Assembly: GCA_035994985.1 (NCBI GenBank)
Contig: DASYKZ010000008.1
Location: forward strand, 3,643-67,642
Source of the DNA: Minisyncoccota bacterium
Lineage (GTDB): Bacteria > Patescibacteriota > Minisyncoccia > Phycocordibacterales > UBA9973
DNA length: 64,000 nucleotides
Reading direction: 5' to 3'
Both the position numbers and the translations under genes were made by a program. The notes beneath the pieces are model-generated. The model made no database searches, was not told the DNA's origin, and saw only the letters and a list, made by a program, of their open reading frames with translations. Below are positions 37,275 to 47,112 of this stretch, piece after piece (the first letter of the stretch is position 1; every line of letters starts with the position of its first letter).

Positions 37275-37904
37275 TTGAGAAACCACTACAATAGAGGGAT
37301 GGAAATTCTCGGTAAAATATTGGGCAACGGGTCCCGGGTAAAAATAATGCGCCTGTTTTTGCTGAACAGGACAACGGGCTTTAAGAGCAAGGATGTCGCG
37401 AAGCGCAGCCGGGTCAGCTCTCCCATTACCACCAAGGAGATAAAGCTTCTCTCGTCCGTGGGTTTTATAAAAAAGCGCTCTGCCACTTCTATGGAGTGGA
37501 TTTTTAACCCTATGTTTAAATACGCAAAGGAGTTTGAAGACCTGCTCATCGGGTCTGACAGCCTCTCCAACCAGACTGTCTTGGACAGTTTTAAGAAAAT
37601 TGGCCGGGTAAAGCTTCTGGTGGTGTCCGGCGTGTTCATAAAAAATAACGACAGCCGGGTGGATTTGCTCATAGTGGGCGACAAGATGAAGCGGACGAAG
37701 ATAGAGGAGGGGATTCGCCGGCTCGAAGCTGAGATAGGCACCGAGCTAGTCTATGCTATTTTCGAATCTAAAGAGTTTATGTACCGCTTAAATATGTACG
37801 ACAAGCTTGTCCGGGACATTTTGGACTTCCCCCATGAGGTTATAATCCAAGGAAAAGGGTTCCTGGAGTTATCCACACAAGCCCCCAGAAAGGCTGTAAA
37901 ATAG
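37275..37904 (+). CDS. hypothetical protein with N-terminal winged-helix-like segment
   Basis: 209 aa ORF; no recognisable catalytic motif. Confidence 0.3.
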   Translation: MRNHYNRGMEILGKILGNGSRVKIMRLFLLNRTTGFKSKDVAKRSRVSSPITTKEIKLLSSVGFIKKRSATSMEWIFNPMFKYAKEFEDLLIGSDSLSNQTVLDSFKKIGRVKLLVVSGVFIKNNDSRVDLLIVGDKMKRTKIEEGIRRLEAEIGTELVYAIFESKEFMYRLNMYDKLVRDILDFPHEVIIQGKGFLELSTQAPRKAVK

Positions 37905-37938
37905 CTAAATATTGATATATGGCAAGTATTTAACTGCC

Positions 37939-38014
37939 ATATATCAATGGCGCTCGGACCACTAGGCAAAAGTGGATAACTTTTTTGCCTATGTTCCTCA
38001 CTTATTGATATAAT
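37939..38014 (+). promoter_or_regulatory. conserved promoter/leader module, copy 2
   Basis: tcaatggcgctcggacc ... tgttcctcacttattgatataat; followed 6 nt later by 13-codon mini-ORF MTFIRSKLKKFIN. Confidence 0.5.
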
Positions 38015-38079
38015 ATCACTATGACTTTTATAAGGTCGAAACTTAAAAAGTTTATTAATTAACGTTTTTTTAATAATTT

Positions 38080-38775
38080 ATGAACAATATTTGGCTTACA
38101 TGGGGTGAAGTTTTCAACGCGTCACTTCAAAATTTATGGTGGGGTTTCATTCAATTTGCCCCAAAGTTTATCATAGCGGTAGTTTTCTTTATAGTCGGCT
38201 GGATTTTGGGCTCTCTCATAGCCAAGGCTATTGAGCAGGTTTTCACCGCCCTAAAGATAGATACCCTTTTCAAGTCTGTCGGCGCTGATGATTTCTTTAA
38301 GAAGGCGGGTATGAATTTAAATACCGGATATTTTATCGGGCAAGTGGTGAAATGGTTCGTGATTGTCGTTTTCCTGCTTCCTTCCTTGAACTTGGTAGGC
38401 TTGAACGATATTTCAGCTTTCTTGCAATACAGCGTCCTCGGATTTTTGCCTAGGGTGATCGTCGCTGCGCTTATATTGATAATCGCTACGATTATTTCTG
38501 AAGCTCTTTCCAAGACTGTCATTGCTTCTGCAAAGTCTATGAGCCTGACTTCTGCAAACATGCTCGGAGCTGTAACCAAATATATAATTTGGGTATTTGC
38601 TTTCATCATCGCGCTCGGCCAGCTTGGGGTAGCTGAATACTACATGAATGTCCTCTTTACCGGCGTCATCGCCATGCTTGCACTCGGAGGCGCTCTCGCT
38701 TTCGGATTGGGCGGAAGGGAACATGCTTCCAGGTTTATCTCAAAGCTTAGCGAGGAAATGTCCCACAGGGGATAA
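38080..38775 (+). CDS. polytopic membrane protein with two related TM-hairpin repeats, unknown function
   Basis: 231 aa, 5-6 predicted TM helices. Confidence 0.4.
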   Translation: MNNIWLTWGEVFNASLQNLWWGFIQFAPKFIIAVVFFIVGWILGSLIAKAIEQVFTALKIDTLFKSVGADDFFKKAGMNLNTGYFIGQVVKWFVIVVFLLPSLNLVGLNDISAFLQYSVLGFLPRVIVAALILIIATIISEALSKTVIASAKSMSLTSANMLGAVTKYIIWVFAFIIALGQLGVAEYYMNVLFTGVIAMLALGGALAFGLGGREHASRFISKLSEEMSHRG

Positions 38776-38882
38776 ATTGCTGTTTTTACAATTTTCTCCT
38801 TAGAAAAAGCCCCATAATGGGGCTTTTTCTTTTTCCCATGCTGACATTTACTTTCCCGCTATTGAGTTGTACAATTAAGGAT

Positions 38883-40475
38883 ATGTTAAAGATGAAAAAC
38901 TTATTGTTTTTGGGGCTTGTATTTGGCCTTTTCATATCTATTACTAGTTTAGAAGCAATTAAAAAAGTAAGCGCAGAAGGTAAAGGAGAGGTACAAACGG
39001 GCACGAAGGGAGAGGTGCGAAATCCGAGCCTCATAAAACATAACTCTACTGTAAAAACGCCCGAGGCAGAGCCAAGAGAGATACAAGAAAATTTGAAGGG
39101 CACGCTCCGGGAAATAATCCTAGACTCATTTGAGAGGGACCCAAGCAAAGCTGGCGCAGGCATCGCGTACGCGATAGAAACACCAGACTTAAAATCGGTA
39201 TCCGTAGAATTTTCCGGAACCAAAGCAAGTGAAAAATTCCGCAATGCAGATATTGAAGTCGAGGGCGGATGGAATAGAAATGGTAGTTTTACGGTAAAAA
39301 AAGTAATTTCTGTAGTGCCTCAAAATATCGAAAGCGTAGTCCGCAGCGAAATAGAAACTCTGGACGCAAACGGGGCGCCGACCAAATCGAGCCTGCTCGG
39401 CCCGGAAGCTACCACAGGAGCCTATACAGTCTTGGTTATACCGGTAAATTTCACCGACGTCACTTCACAGCCGGTAACGGTAGCCCAGATACGGGATGTC
39501 CTTTACGGAAGCAGCTCGTCGATAAATTCTCAATTTAAAGAAATGTCCCAAGGCAGATTTTACCTGACAGGCATCCAGCGTCCCGACATAGATATCCTGG
39601 ATTGGGTTACACTCCCGCATACAAGCGACAATTGTCCAAGTAATATGCTCGGCACATGGGCAAACGAGGCGAGAGTCCTTGCCCGGGCCCAGGGTTTTGA
39701 ACCAAACAACTACAGAAGCGTTGTATTGATTTTTCCGTCAAATATCCCAAGTTGTAATGGCTGGGGAGGGCAGGGTGCCATTGGTACCCTTGGCAGCACT
39801 ATTGGTTCCAACAATGTATGGATACAATATGAGGCCGGGCTGGACTTAAAATTTTTAAGAAGCATGCTTATGCACGAGATGGGGCATAACCTCGGCTTAA
39901 TGCATTCGAGCCTGGTAAAACATTGCCAGGAATCAGCTTTAATTCCCCAAGATTGCCAAAGCATAGAATATGGTGACCATTTTTCACCCATGGGAAATAC
40001 CGTTTTCTTCCTCCGCAATTATAATAATTTTCATCTCGAGCAGCTTGGCTGGCTCGGTGCCGGAGCTAAAGTTACAAATTTGCCGCAAGCCGGAACCTAT
40101 AATCTGAATTTATTTTCTCCGTCGTTTATAAAAGGGTCTCAGGTCGTCAGTATTCCTCTGAAGAATTCAAATGGAGTTCCCACGGGACAGAGCGTGTACT
40201 TGGAATTCCGCAGACAAACGCCGCCGTTTGATATGTTTACAGGCGACTTTTTTCAAAATGTAACCAGAGGCGTCTCAGTCAGATTTGCCCCATCCAGCCT
40301 CACGGCCCAGACAAATACGTATTTGCTGGACTACACCGAAACAACTGAACCAATTGATGATGCGGCAATTGAGGTGGGGCAAACGTATGTAAATTCAACC
40401 TATGGTTTCAGCATTAGGACAAATTCTATCAATCCCGGACGGGGAGCAAGCATTACTATTCAGCTGACCCGCTAA
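38883..40475 (+). CDS. secreted metzincin-type zinc metalloprotease
   Basis: signal peptide MLKMKNLLFLGLVFGLFISITSLEA; HEMGHNLGLMH (HExxHxxGxxH); longer ORF from 38817 lacks signal peptide so ATG 38883 preferred. Confidence 0.6.
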   Translation: MLKMKNLLFLGLVFGLFISITSLEAIKKVSAEGKGEVQTGTKGEVRNPSLIKHNSTVKTPEAEPREIQENLKGTLREIILDSFERDPSKAGAGIAYAIETPDLKSVSVEFSGTKASEKFRNADIEVEGGWNRNGSFTVKKVISVVPQNIESVVRSEIETLDANGAPTKSSLLGPEATTGAYTVLVIPVNFTDVTSQPVTVAQIRDVLYGSSSSINSQFKEMSQGRFYLTGIQRPDIDILDWVTLPHTSDNCPSNMLGTWANEARVLARAQGFEPNNYRSVVLIFPSNIPSCNGWGGQGAIGTLGSTIGSNNVWIQYEAGLDLKFLRSMLMHEMGHNLGLMHSSLVKHCQESALIPQDCQSIEYGDHFSPMGNTVFFLRNYNNFHLEQLGWLGAGAKVTNLPQAGTYNLNLFSPSFIKGSQVVSIPLKNSNGVPTGQSVYLEFRRQTPPFDMFTGDFFQNVTRGVSVRFAPSSLTAQTNTYLLDYTETTEPIDDAAIEVGQTYVNSTYGFSIRTNSINPGRGASITIQLTR

Positions 40476-40491
40476 ATATCTCCTTGCTTGA

Positions 40492-40558
40492 CCCCGTAGT
40501 AGATTTTGGCGAAGCCCTTTAGGGCATGCTACGCATATCGCCAAAATTCACTACGGGG
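40492..40558. repeat. extragenic palindromic element CCCCGTAGTAGA-WTTTTG ... CAAAATTCACTACGGGG, copy 1
   Basis: second copy at 59461-59508; both sit immediately 3' of a + strand stop codon. Confidence 0.6.
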
Positions 40559-40659
40559 TTGACATCTTTTTGGCTTTAGTATAGTATCAACCTATCAGTA
40601 TGAATATTACAAGAAACAGTTTAAAAGGGCGGTCTCGGTAGACTATTTCTTTTGTCTGC

Positions 40660-40690
40660 TACCCGCCTGAAAGGCGGTTTTTTTATTGTA
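40660..40690 (+). terminator. intrinsic terminator
   Basis: acccgcctgaaaggcggtttttttatt. Confidence 0.6.
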
Positions 40691-41393
40691 AAATCAGCAC
40701 GGTTTGAAAATTGAAAACTTAATTCTTGCCCTATTTCTTTTCCCGTTCGCGGGATTGGGTCTTTTTAGAGGCAAGAAAAATTCGTTTACATGGTTATCCG
40801 AGCGGTCGGAAATTATAATTATGTAAAAGGATTCTTGCCCGCCTTTGGCGGGTGAATTTTTCCACTGAAAAGGTGGAATTGTGATTTTCAAATTTCTTAA
40901 CAGGAAATTTAAGGGCGTACGGTGGATGCCTTGACTGTAAGAGGCGATGAAGGACGTAGCAAAGCTGCGATAAGCTTCGGGGAGGTGCCTAGCAACCTTT
41001 GATCCGGAGATTTCCGAATGGGGAAACCCTGCATAGTAAACCTATGTAACTTTTATCTTTATGATAATAAGAGCGTACCCTGGGAAGTGAAACATCTCAG
41101 TACCAGGAGGAGTAGAGAACAATAGTTATTTTCTTAGTAGCGGCGAGCGAAAAGGAAGAAGCCCAAACCGATGTAGCAATATATCGGGGTTGTAAGATGA
41201 CAATGTAGATTTCTAGAAGAGTCAAAAAATACATAATTAGTTGAAGTTGCTGGAAAGCGACACCATAGGGGGTGATAGTCCCGTAAGCGAAAATTATGTG
41301 TCTCTTTTATTGTTATTCTTGAGTACCCCAGGACATGAATGGCCGGGGGGAATCCAGCGGAACTAACCGCTAAGGCTAAATACTCTTACAGAT

Positions 41394-41430
<37 letters not shown>

Positions 41431-42165
41431 CAGCCCGATTAGGGCGGTGAAATAGACCTGAAACCGTATGTCTACAAGGAGTCGATGCACTGCTTCGGCG
41501 GTGCTACGGCGTGCCTATTGAAGAATGAGCCAACGAGTTTATTCATACTGCAAGGCTAAGTGGGCTAAAACCACAGAGCCAAAGGGAAACCGAGTGTTAA
41601 TAGCGCGACTTTAGTAGTATGCATAAGACCCGAAGCCAGGTGAGCTTGCCATGAGCAGGTTGAAGTTCGCAGAAATGCGGATGGAGGACCGAACCGGTAG
41701 ATCGTACAACGTCTTCGGATGACTTGTGGTAAGGAGTGAAAAGCTAATCGAACCTGGTAATAGCTGGTTCTCTCCGAAATAGCTTTAGGGCTAGCGTCGT
41801 GTGTTTTTTCTGGGGGTAGAGCACTGGAAGATTTCGACAGGGAGCAATCTCGCGAAACCTATCAAACTCCGAATACCAGAAACCATAGCACGGCAGTTAG
41901 GCCATGGGGGCGAAGCTCCATTGGCCAAAAGGGAAACAGCCCAGATCTCAAAATAAGGTCCCTAAATATATACTAAGTGTAAGACAAGAAGGTGAGATTT
42001 CTTAAACAATGAGGAGGTTGGCTTAGAAGCAGCCATCCTTTAAAGATAGCGTAACAGCTCACTCATCTAGAGATTTTGCGTCGAAAATAATTGGGGCTAA
42101 GTATATTACCGAATTTGAGGATTCGTAGACTTCATCAAGAAAAAATTGTTCTTTTGTTTTAATGT

Positions 42166-42241
42166 GGGGGCGTAGCTCAGATGGTAGAGCACTTCGCTGG
42201 CAGCGAAGGGGTCGGGAGTTCGATGCTCCTCGCCTCCACCA
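42166..42241 (+). tRNA. tRNA-Ala (anticodon GGC), encoded inside the 23S helix-45 intervening sequence
   Basis: 76 nt cloverleaf: acceptor GGGGGCG/CGCCTCC with G3:U70, D arm GCTC-AGATGGTA-GAGC, anticodon loop CTGGCAG, T arm GGGAG-TTCGATG-CTCCT, encoded CCA. Confidence 0.8.
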
Positions 42242-42277
42242 CTTCATTTTTTGAAGTGAATTGTTTTGTTTTTACGT

Positions 42278-42355
42278 AGCCGCTTAGCTCAACATGGATA
42301 GAGCACTTGCCTAACAAGCAAGGGGTTACGGGTTCGAGCCCCGTAGCGGCCACCA
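42278..42355 (+). tRNA. tRNA-like gene, formally Val (anticodon AAC), atypical (A1:C72 mismatch, A34)
   Basis: D arm GCTC-AACATGGATA-GAGC, anticodon stem CTTGC/GCAAG loop CTAACAA, T arm ACGGG-TTCGAGC-CCCGT, 3' ACCA; may be a tRNA mimic rather than a decoding tRNA. Confidence 0.45.
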
Positions 42356-43170
42356 CCTTACTTTTTGTAAGGTAACAAATATTTTTTCCCAAGGAATTTT
42401 CTTTCGAGAACTTTCTTTGGGTTCTTGATGAAGTCTACGAGTGGTAGGAGAGTGTTCCACTCTGCTGTGAAGGAAGACTCGTGAGAGCTTCTGGAGCGTG
42501 TGGAAGTAAGAATGTTGGCACAAGTAACCGCAATGATGTTGAGAACGCATCACGTCGAAAGATCAAGGTTTCCTTGGTAATGATAATCAGCCAAGGGTTA
42601 GTCGGGCCTAAGGGAATGGTGAAAACCGTACTCGATGGACACAGGGTTAATATTCCCTGACTTCTGTATATAGTGATGGGATGACGGAGGGTAGTATGTA
42701 TCGCTCATTATTGGATTTGAAGTTTATGCCTTAATTGTACGCTATAGGAAAATCCGTAGCGTGACTTAAATGTCATATGAAAGAGGAGTAAAAAGTTTTC
42801 CGTTCGCGGAGGGCAATGATACAAAGCACGCTTCCAAGAAAACTCTCTAAACTTATATATATAGAATCCGTACCGCAAACCGACACAGGTGATCAGGTCG
42901 AGTAGACCAAGACGAACGAGTGAGTGGTCCCCAAGGAACTCGGCAAAAAAGCAGCCGTAACTTCGGGATAAGGCTTGCCCCTCTTTATTGAGGGGCCGCA
43001 GCGAAAGTATCTCTGGCAACTGTTTACCAAAAACACAGCTCCCTGCGAACTCGTAAGAGGATGTATAGGGGGTGACACCTGACCAATGCCAGAAGGTCAA
43101 ATATCGGCGTTTCTAATAGCAATATTATTGGTGACTGATATAAGCCCTGGTGAATGTCGGCCGTAACTAT

Positions 43171-43494
43171 AGACAAAACCGTTGTAGTTACGCAAATAAA
43201 TCTTGCTATATGCTGGAAAACCCGTGTATCTTCAAATACTCATTCAAGGAAACTTGAGTAGTGAAAATTTTGAAGCGTTGCCTAAATCTTAATTGATCGG
43301 TTAACGGATAATCAGCAGGCAACCTGCGCAAGCAGAGAGTCCTCAGAGACTATACGCAAGACAATTTCAAATCAATAATTGGAGTCGACGATTTGAAAAT
43401 GATGATATAGTCCGACCTCTATGGCGACATAGAGCTAACACGTTTTAGTTTTTGTTTGGTAAACAATAGATTACATATTCAACCTTAAGAAAAG
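43171..43494 (+). mobile_element. group I intron in 23S (site equivalent to E. coli ~1917), ORF-less
   Basis: splits conserved GGCCGTAACTAT | AACGGTCCTAAGG; IGS ccgttGTAGTT near 5' end pairs with 5' exon AACTAT (P1, U.G) and 3' exon AACGG (P10); P7 halves cagAGACTAta / gaTATAGTCcgacc (cf. Tetrahymena GAUAUAGUCGGACC); ends in G. Confidence 0.75.
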
Positions 43495-44171
43495 AACGGT
43501 CCTAAGGTAGCGAAATACCTTGTCGGGTAAGTTCCGACGCGCACGAATGGTGTAATGACTGGAGAACTGTCTCGGGGACCAGCTCGGTGAAAATACAATA
43601 CCGGTGAAGATGCCGGTTAAGTGCAGTTAGACGAAAAGACCCTAGAAGCTTTACTATAACTTGATATTGAGTATGTTTTTAGACTGCGTAGCATAGATGG
43701 GAGAGGTTTGATGGATAAGGTTTCGGCTTTGTTCTACTCGTCAGTGAAATACCATTCTTTTTGAAGGCATATTCTAACCAATGCGGCAAAAACGCATTGA
43801 GACAGTATCTGGTGGATAGTTTTACTGGGGCTGTACCCTCCTAAAAAGTAAAGGAGGGGTTTAAAGGTAATCTAGGCGCGAATGGAAACCGTGCCGATAG
43901 TGTAATAGCACAAGATTGCTTGACTGTGAGAGGTACATCTCGAGCAGGTGGGAAACCAGAATATAGTGAACCGACCACCCGTATTAGACGCGGTGGAAGA
44001 TTAACGGATAAAAGCTACTCTAGGGATAACAGGCTAGTTCCGCCCAAGAGTTCATATCGACGGCGGAGTTCGGCACCTCGATGTCGGCTCACCTTAGCGC
44101 GGTGGCGGAGAAGCTACCAAGCGTTTGGCTGTTCGCCAATTAAAAAGGTACGCGAGCTGGGTTCAGACCGT

Positions 44172-44555
44172 TTTGAAAATACAGGCACTAGGCTTTAGGC
44201 GCTAGGCATTAGCATTAGATTTTGCTAGAGCCTAAAGCCTAAATTTCCTAAAGCCTTGTTTTCGGGACAGTCTGAACCCTCAGAGGAAATAAGAGCTCAA
44301 ATGAACTTATACTGTTTTAATCGAAGACAACCAAGTGTATTAAATTACACACCACGGCGGTTCTAAATTTTATTTAGGAAGAAGTCGGGGTTTTCGGTGA
44401 AATCCAATCCTGAGATTTATCGAAGGAGGACAACACCGAGTGCCGTAAAGGCATGTAGAGACTACAAACCGACCACGAGAAATTGTGAATGTATAGTCCA
44501 ATCCCTTTAGTAATAAAGGTTCCGCGCTTGTAGAGCGCGGAAGTAAAATAAAATG
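44172..44555 (+). mobile_element. group I intron in 23S (site equivalent to E. coli ~2593), ORF-less
   Basis: splits conserved GGGTTCAGACCGT | CGTGAGACAGGTTGGTC; P7-like tAGAGACTAcaaa / tgTATAGTCc; ends in G; boundaries +/- few nt. Confidence 0.6.
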
Positions 44556-44989
44556 CGTGAGACAGGTTGGTCTCCTATCTACTGCACTCGTTGATTCTTG
44601 AGAAGATTTGCCCCTAGTACGAGAGGACCGGGGTGAACTGACCTCTGGTGTACGAGCTGTCCTGCCAAGGGCACTGCTCGGTAGCTATGTCGGGAATGGA
44701 TAACCTCTGAAAGCATCTAAGAGGGAAGCCAGCTTCAAGATTAGGAATCGTTAAGAACCCTGAGAGATGATCAGGTTGATAGGCTTTAAGTGTAAGCGCA
44801 GTAATGCGTTCAGCTGAGAAGTACTAATGTTTCGATTCCTGTTAAGAAATTTGGAAATCACACCCCGCACATAACTTACTAAATAATCTAAAAAAATTAA
44901 GTGAATTTTATCTCATGGAATATTCATTTAAAGAAAAAGGTTGTTTGTTAAGTTATGTGCGGGGACCAAAAAATATTCGCTTCGAATAT

Positions 44990-45104
44990 AATGTTCTGGT
45001 GCTTAAACGGCGGAGTCACATCTCTTCCCATTTCGAACAGAGCAATTAAGCCCGCTAGTGCCGATGATACTTGTAAAGGAAAAGTAGGTAGGTGCCAGAA
45101 CAGT
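44990..45104 (+). rRNA. rrf: 5S ribosomal RNA
   Basis: TTCTGGTGC...CCCATTTCGAACAGAG...GCCGATGATACTTG...GGTGCCAGAA aligns with 5S helices I-V; preceded by 18-bp spacer stem ccccgcacataacttac / gtaagttatgtgcgggg (44863-44966). Confidence 0.8.
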
Positions 45105-45158
45105 GTATTTGAAGACTAAAAAGCCAGTAGATATCTGATGGTTTTTTGGTATACTTAA

Positions 45159-45518
45159 ATGATTATGATTAATGGCGATTATTTTTTTGTGATTGTTTTA
45201 GGGGTTGTTGCAGGTACTCGGCTTTTTCTTTTAGCAAACATACCTAGCCCAACTATTAAAGGTTTTCGGACTCGTCATTATATGACTGGGATGGTCTTAA
45301 TTATTTTATCTTTTTTAAGCAATAATCTGGTAATTTTTGCTGTAGGTTACGCTTTCATTATAGATGAATTACCTTTAATTATCGCCAGAGGTCCGGGGCA
45401 TAAAGAACAATACTGGAAACCAGGAGAAGATTATTGGTCTCGTTGGTGTATTGTAGGAGTATTGATTTTAATCTTTTTAACTTATGTTTTTAGGGGCGTC
45501 ATCGCAGGATTAATATAA
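45159..45518 (+). CDS. small membrane protein, unknown function
   Basis: 119 aa, 3-4 TM helices, between 5S rRNA and rpsS. Confidence 0.35.
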   Translation: MIMINGDYFFVIVLGVVAGTRLFLLANIPSPTIKGFRTRHYMTGMVLIILSFLSNNLVIFAVGYAFIIDELPLIIARGPGHKEQYWKPGEDYWSRWCIVGVLILIFLTYVFRGVIAGLI

Positions 45519-45617
45519 CTAAGGATATTATAGGTTTTATTTGACATTTTACCCCAATTTGCTATTATGAAGCCAAGCTCTGTGAGAGCTTTTTTAAATG
45601 AACATACAGTAAAAATC

Positions 45618-45965
45618 ATGACAAGATCAATCAAAAAAGGTCTATATGTGGACGAAAAACTGCTTTCAAAAATCGCAGGCAAAAACCCGCTCAATACCCC
45701 CATGATAAAGACATGGAAGAGGGCTTCCACCATATCTCCGGAAATGCTTGGTTTCGTCTTTGGCGTGCATAATGGCAAGACTCATGTGGAGGTATTGGTT
45801 ACCGAAGACATGGTGGGCCACAAACTCGGCGAATTTTCACCAACAAAGAAATTCATGAAGCACGGAGGAAAAATGCAGAAAGAGCTTGAAGCAAAGAAGA
45901 AAGAGTCTGAAATAGCGGCAGCCAAGTCTGCCACAGCGGCCGCAGCCGATGCAAAGAAAAAATAG
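45618..45965 (+). CDS. rpsS: 30S ribosomal protein S19 (Lys/Ala-rich C-terminal extension)
   Basis: [15 protein letters not shown]...[29 protein letters not shown]; start chosen at MTRSIKKG. Confidence 0.85.
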   Translation: MTRSIKKGLYVDEKLLSKIAGKNPLNTPMIKTWKRASTISPEMLGFVFGVHNGKTHVEVLVTEDMVGHKLGEFSPTKKFMKHGGKMQKELEAKKKESEIAAAKSATAAAADAKKK

Positions 45966-45984
45966 AAAGAAATAATAAAACATC

Positions 45985-46413
45985 ATGAAAGCTTATTTAA
46001 AAAATTACAGACAGTCTCCCCGAAAAGTCCGCCTTGTCGCGGGACTAATAAAGAAAAAGACTGTGGGTGAAGCCATAGCCGAACTTGATTTCCTAGCCAA
46101 GCGGGCGGGCACTCCGATGAAAAAGCTTTTAATGTCAGCCGTAGCAAACGCCAAAGACATGGGCAAGGATGTGGAGAATTTAATTATCAAAGAATTGCGG
46201 GTGGACAAAGGCGTGACTTTGAAAAGGATGATGCCGGCAGCCATGGGCAGCGGACACCGCATAAACAAGCGCACCAGCCATATACTTTTGACTCTGGGAG
46301 AAAAAGTTGTAAAAGCAGAAAAAAAAGTGCAAAAGAAAGTAGCTAAAGTATTACCAACTAAAGTTAAGAAAGCAAAACCCGCCTCAGCTAAAAAAGCTGA
46401 TTCGGGCAAGTAA
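45985..46413 (+). CDS. rplV: 50S ribosomal protein L22
   Basis: AYLKNYRQSPRKVRLVAGLIKKKTVGEAIAELDF. Confidence 0.9.
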   Translation: MKAYLKNYRQSPRKVRLVAGLIKKKTVGEAIAELDFLAKRAGTPMKKLLMSAVANAKDMGKDVENLIIKELRVDKGVTLKRMMPAAMGSGHRINKRTSHILLTLGEKVVKAEKKVQKKVAKVLPTKVKKAKPASAKKADSGK

Positions 46414-46418
46414 TTTAT

Positions 46419-47108
46419 ATGTCAAAAATAGTTCACCCATATGCGCATAGGCTAGTAATACTCCGGGATTGGAAATCCCGCTGGTTTGCTGAGCCGAAAA
46501 AGTATGTAGCCTATCTAAAGGGTGATGTATTAATCCGGCAGTGGCTGGAAAAGAAATTGCGCGGCATGTATGTATCCGGGATTGAAATTGAAAGAAGCCG
46601 AAAAGCTACGCGATTTATAATCAAAACTTCCCGCCCGGGCATCTTAATCGGCCGGAACGGGGAAGGGGCAACAAAGCTCAAAGAAGATATTTTAAAGAGA
46701 ATGGATTATCTAAAACTAGACCGGCCGGAAGATTTCAAGCTTGAAGTCGTCGAAATATCTAGCCCGGAAGCAGACGCGGCCATAGTAGCCTATATGATAG
46801 CCGAAGGCTTGGAAAAGAGGATGCCGTACCGAAGAGTCATCAAGACAATCATTGAAAAAGTCATGGCTGTGCGCGGAGTAGAAGGAGCCCGAGTAGTGCT
46901 CTCAGGCCGCCTCGGTGGCGCTGAAATTGCCCGCACGGAAGATCTCAAGCGTGGAAGTATTCCGCTTCAGACTTTCCGTGCTGACATAGATTTCAAGCGA
47001 GAACGCGCGACGCTTCCATACGGAGTCATCGGCATAAAAGTCTGGATTTACCGGGGAAAAATATTTTCCAAAAAAACAACCAACGATAGCAATAAAGAAA
47101 TAAATTAA
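46419..47108 (+). CDS. rpsC: 30S ribosomal protein S3
   Basis: KIVHPYAHRLVILRDWKSRWFA, KH domain, GRLGGAEIARTE. Confidence 0.9.
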   Translation: MSKIVHPYAHRLVILRDWKSRWFAEPKKYVAYLKGDVLIRQWLEKKLRGMYVSGIEIERSRKATRFIIKTSRPGILIGRNGEGATKLKEDILKRMDYLKLDRPEDFKLEVVEISSPEADAAIVAYMIAEGLEKRMPYRRVIKTIIEKVMAVRGVEGARVVLSGRLGGAEIARTEDLKRGSIPLQTFRADIDFKRERATLPYGVIGIKVWIYRGKIFSKKTTNDSNKEIN

Positions 47109-47112
47109 TTGT

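Larger units (their letters stand above)
42124..42440 (+). other. intervening sequence replacing 23S helix 45, closed by 16-17 bp stem (cgtagacttcatcaag / cttgatgaagtctacg)
   Basis: flanking rRNA GGGGCTAAG...ACCGAA and GGTAGGAGAG align to E. coli helix 44/46 borders. Confidence 0.7.

Noticed and set aside
38817-38882. Upstream ATG at 38817 as metalloprotease start
   Set aside because: It yields a non-signal-peptide N-terminus. The ATG at 38883 gives a canonical signal peptide (MLKMKNLLFLGLVFGLFISITSLEA).
43920-44198. 92-aa ORF (and other short ORFs at 42059-43100) lying inside the 23S rRNA gene
   Set aside because: They overlap universally conserved rRNA sequence and an intron. They lack an RBS and their composition reflects rRNA, not coding DNA.
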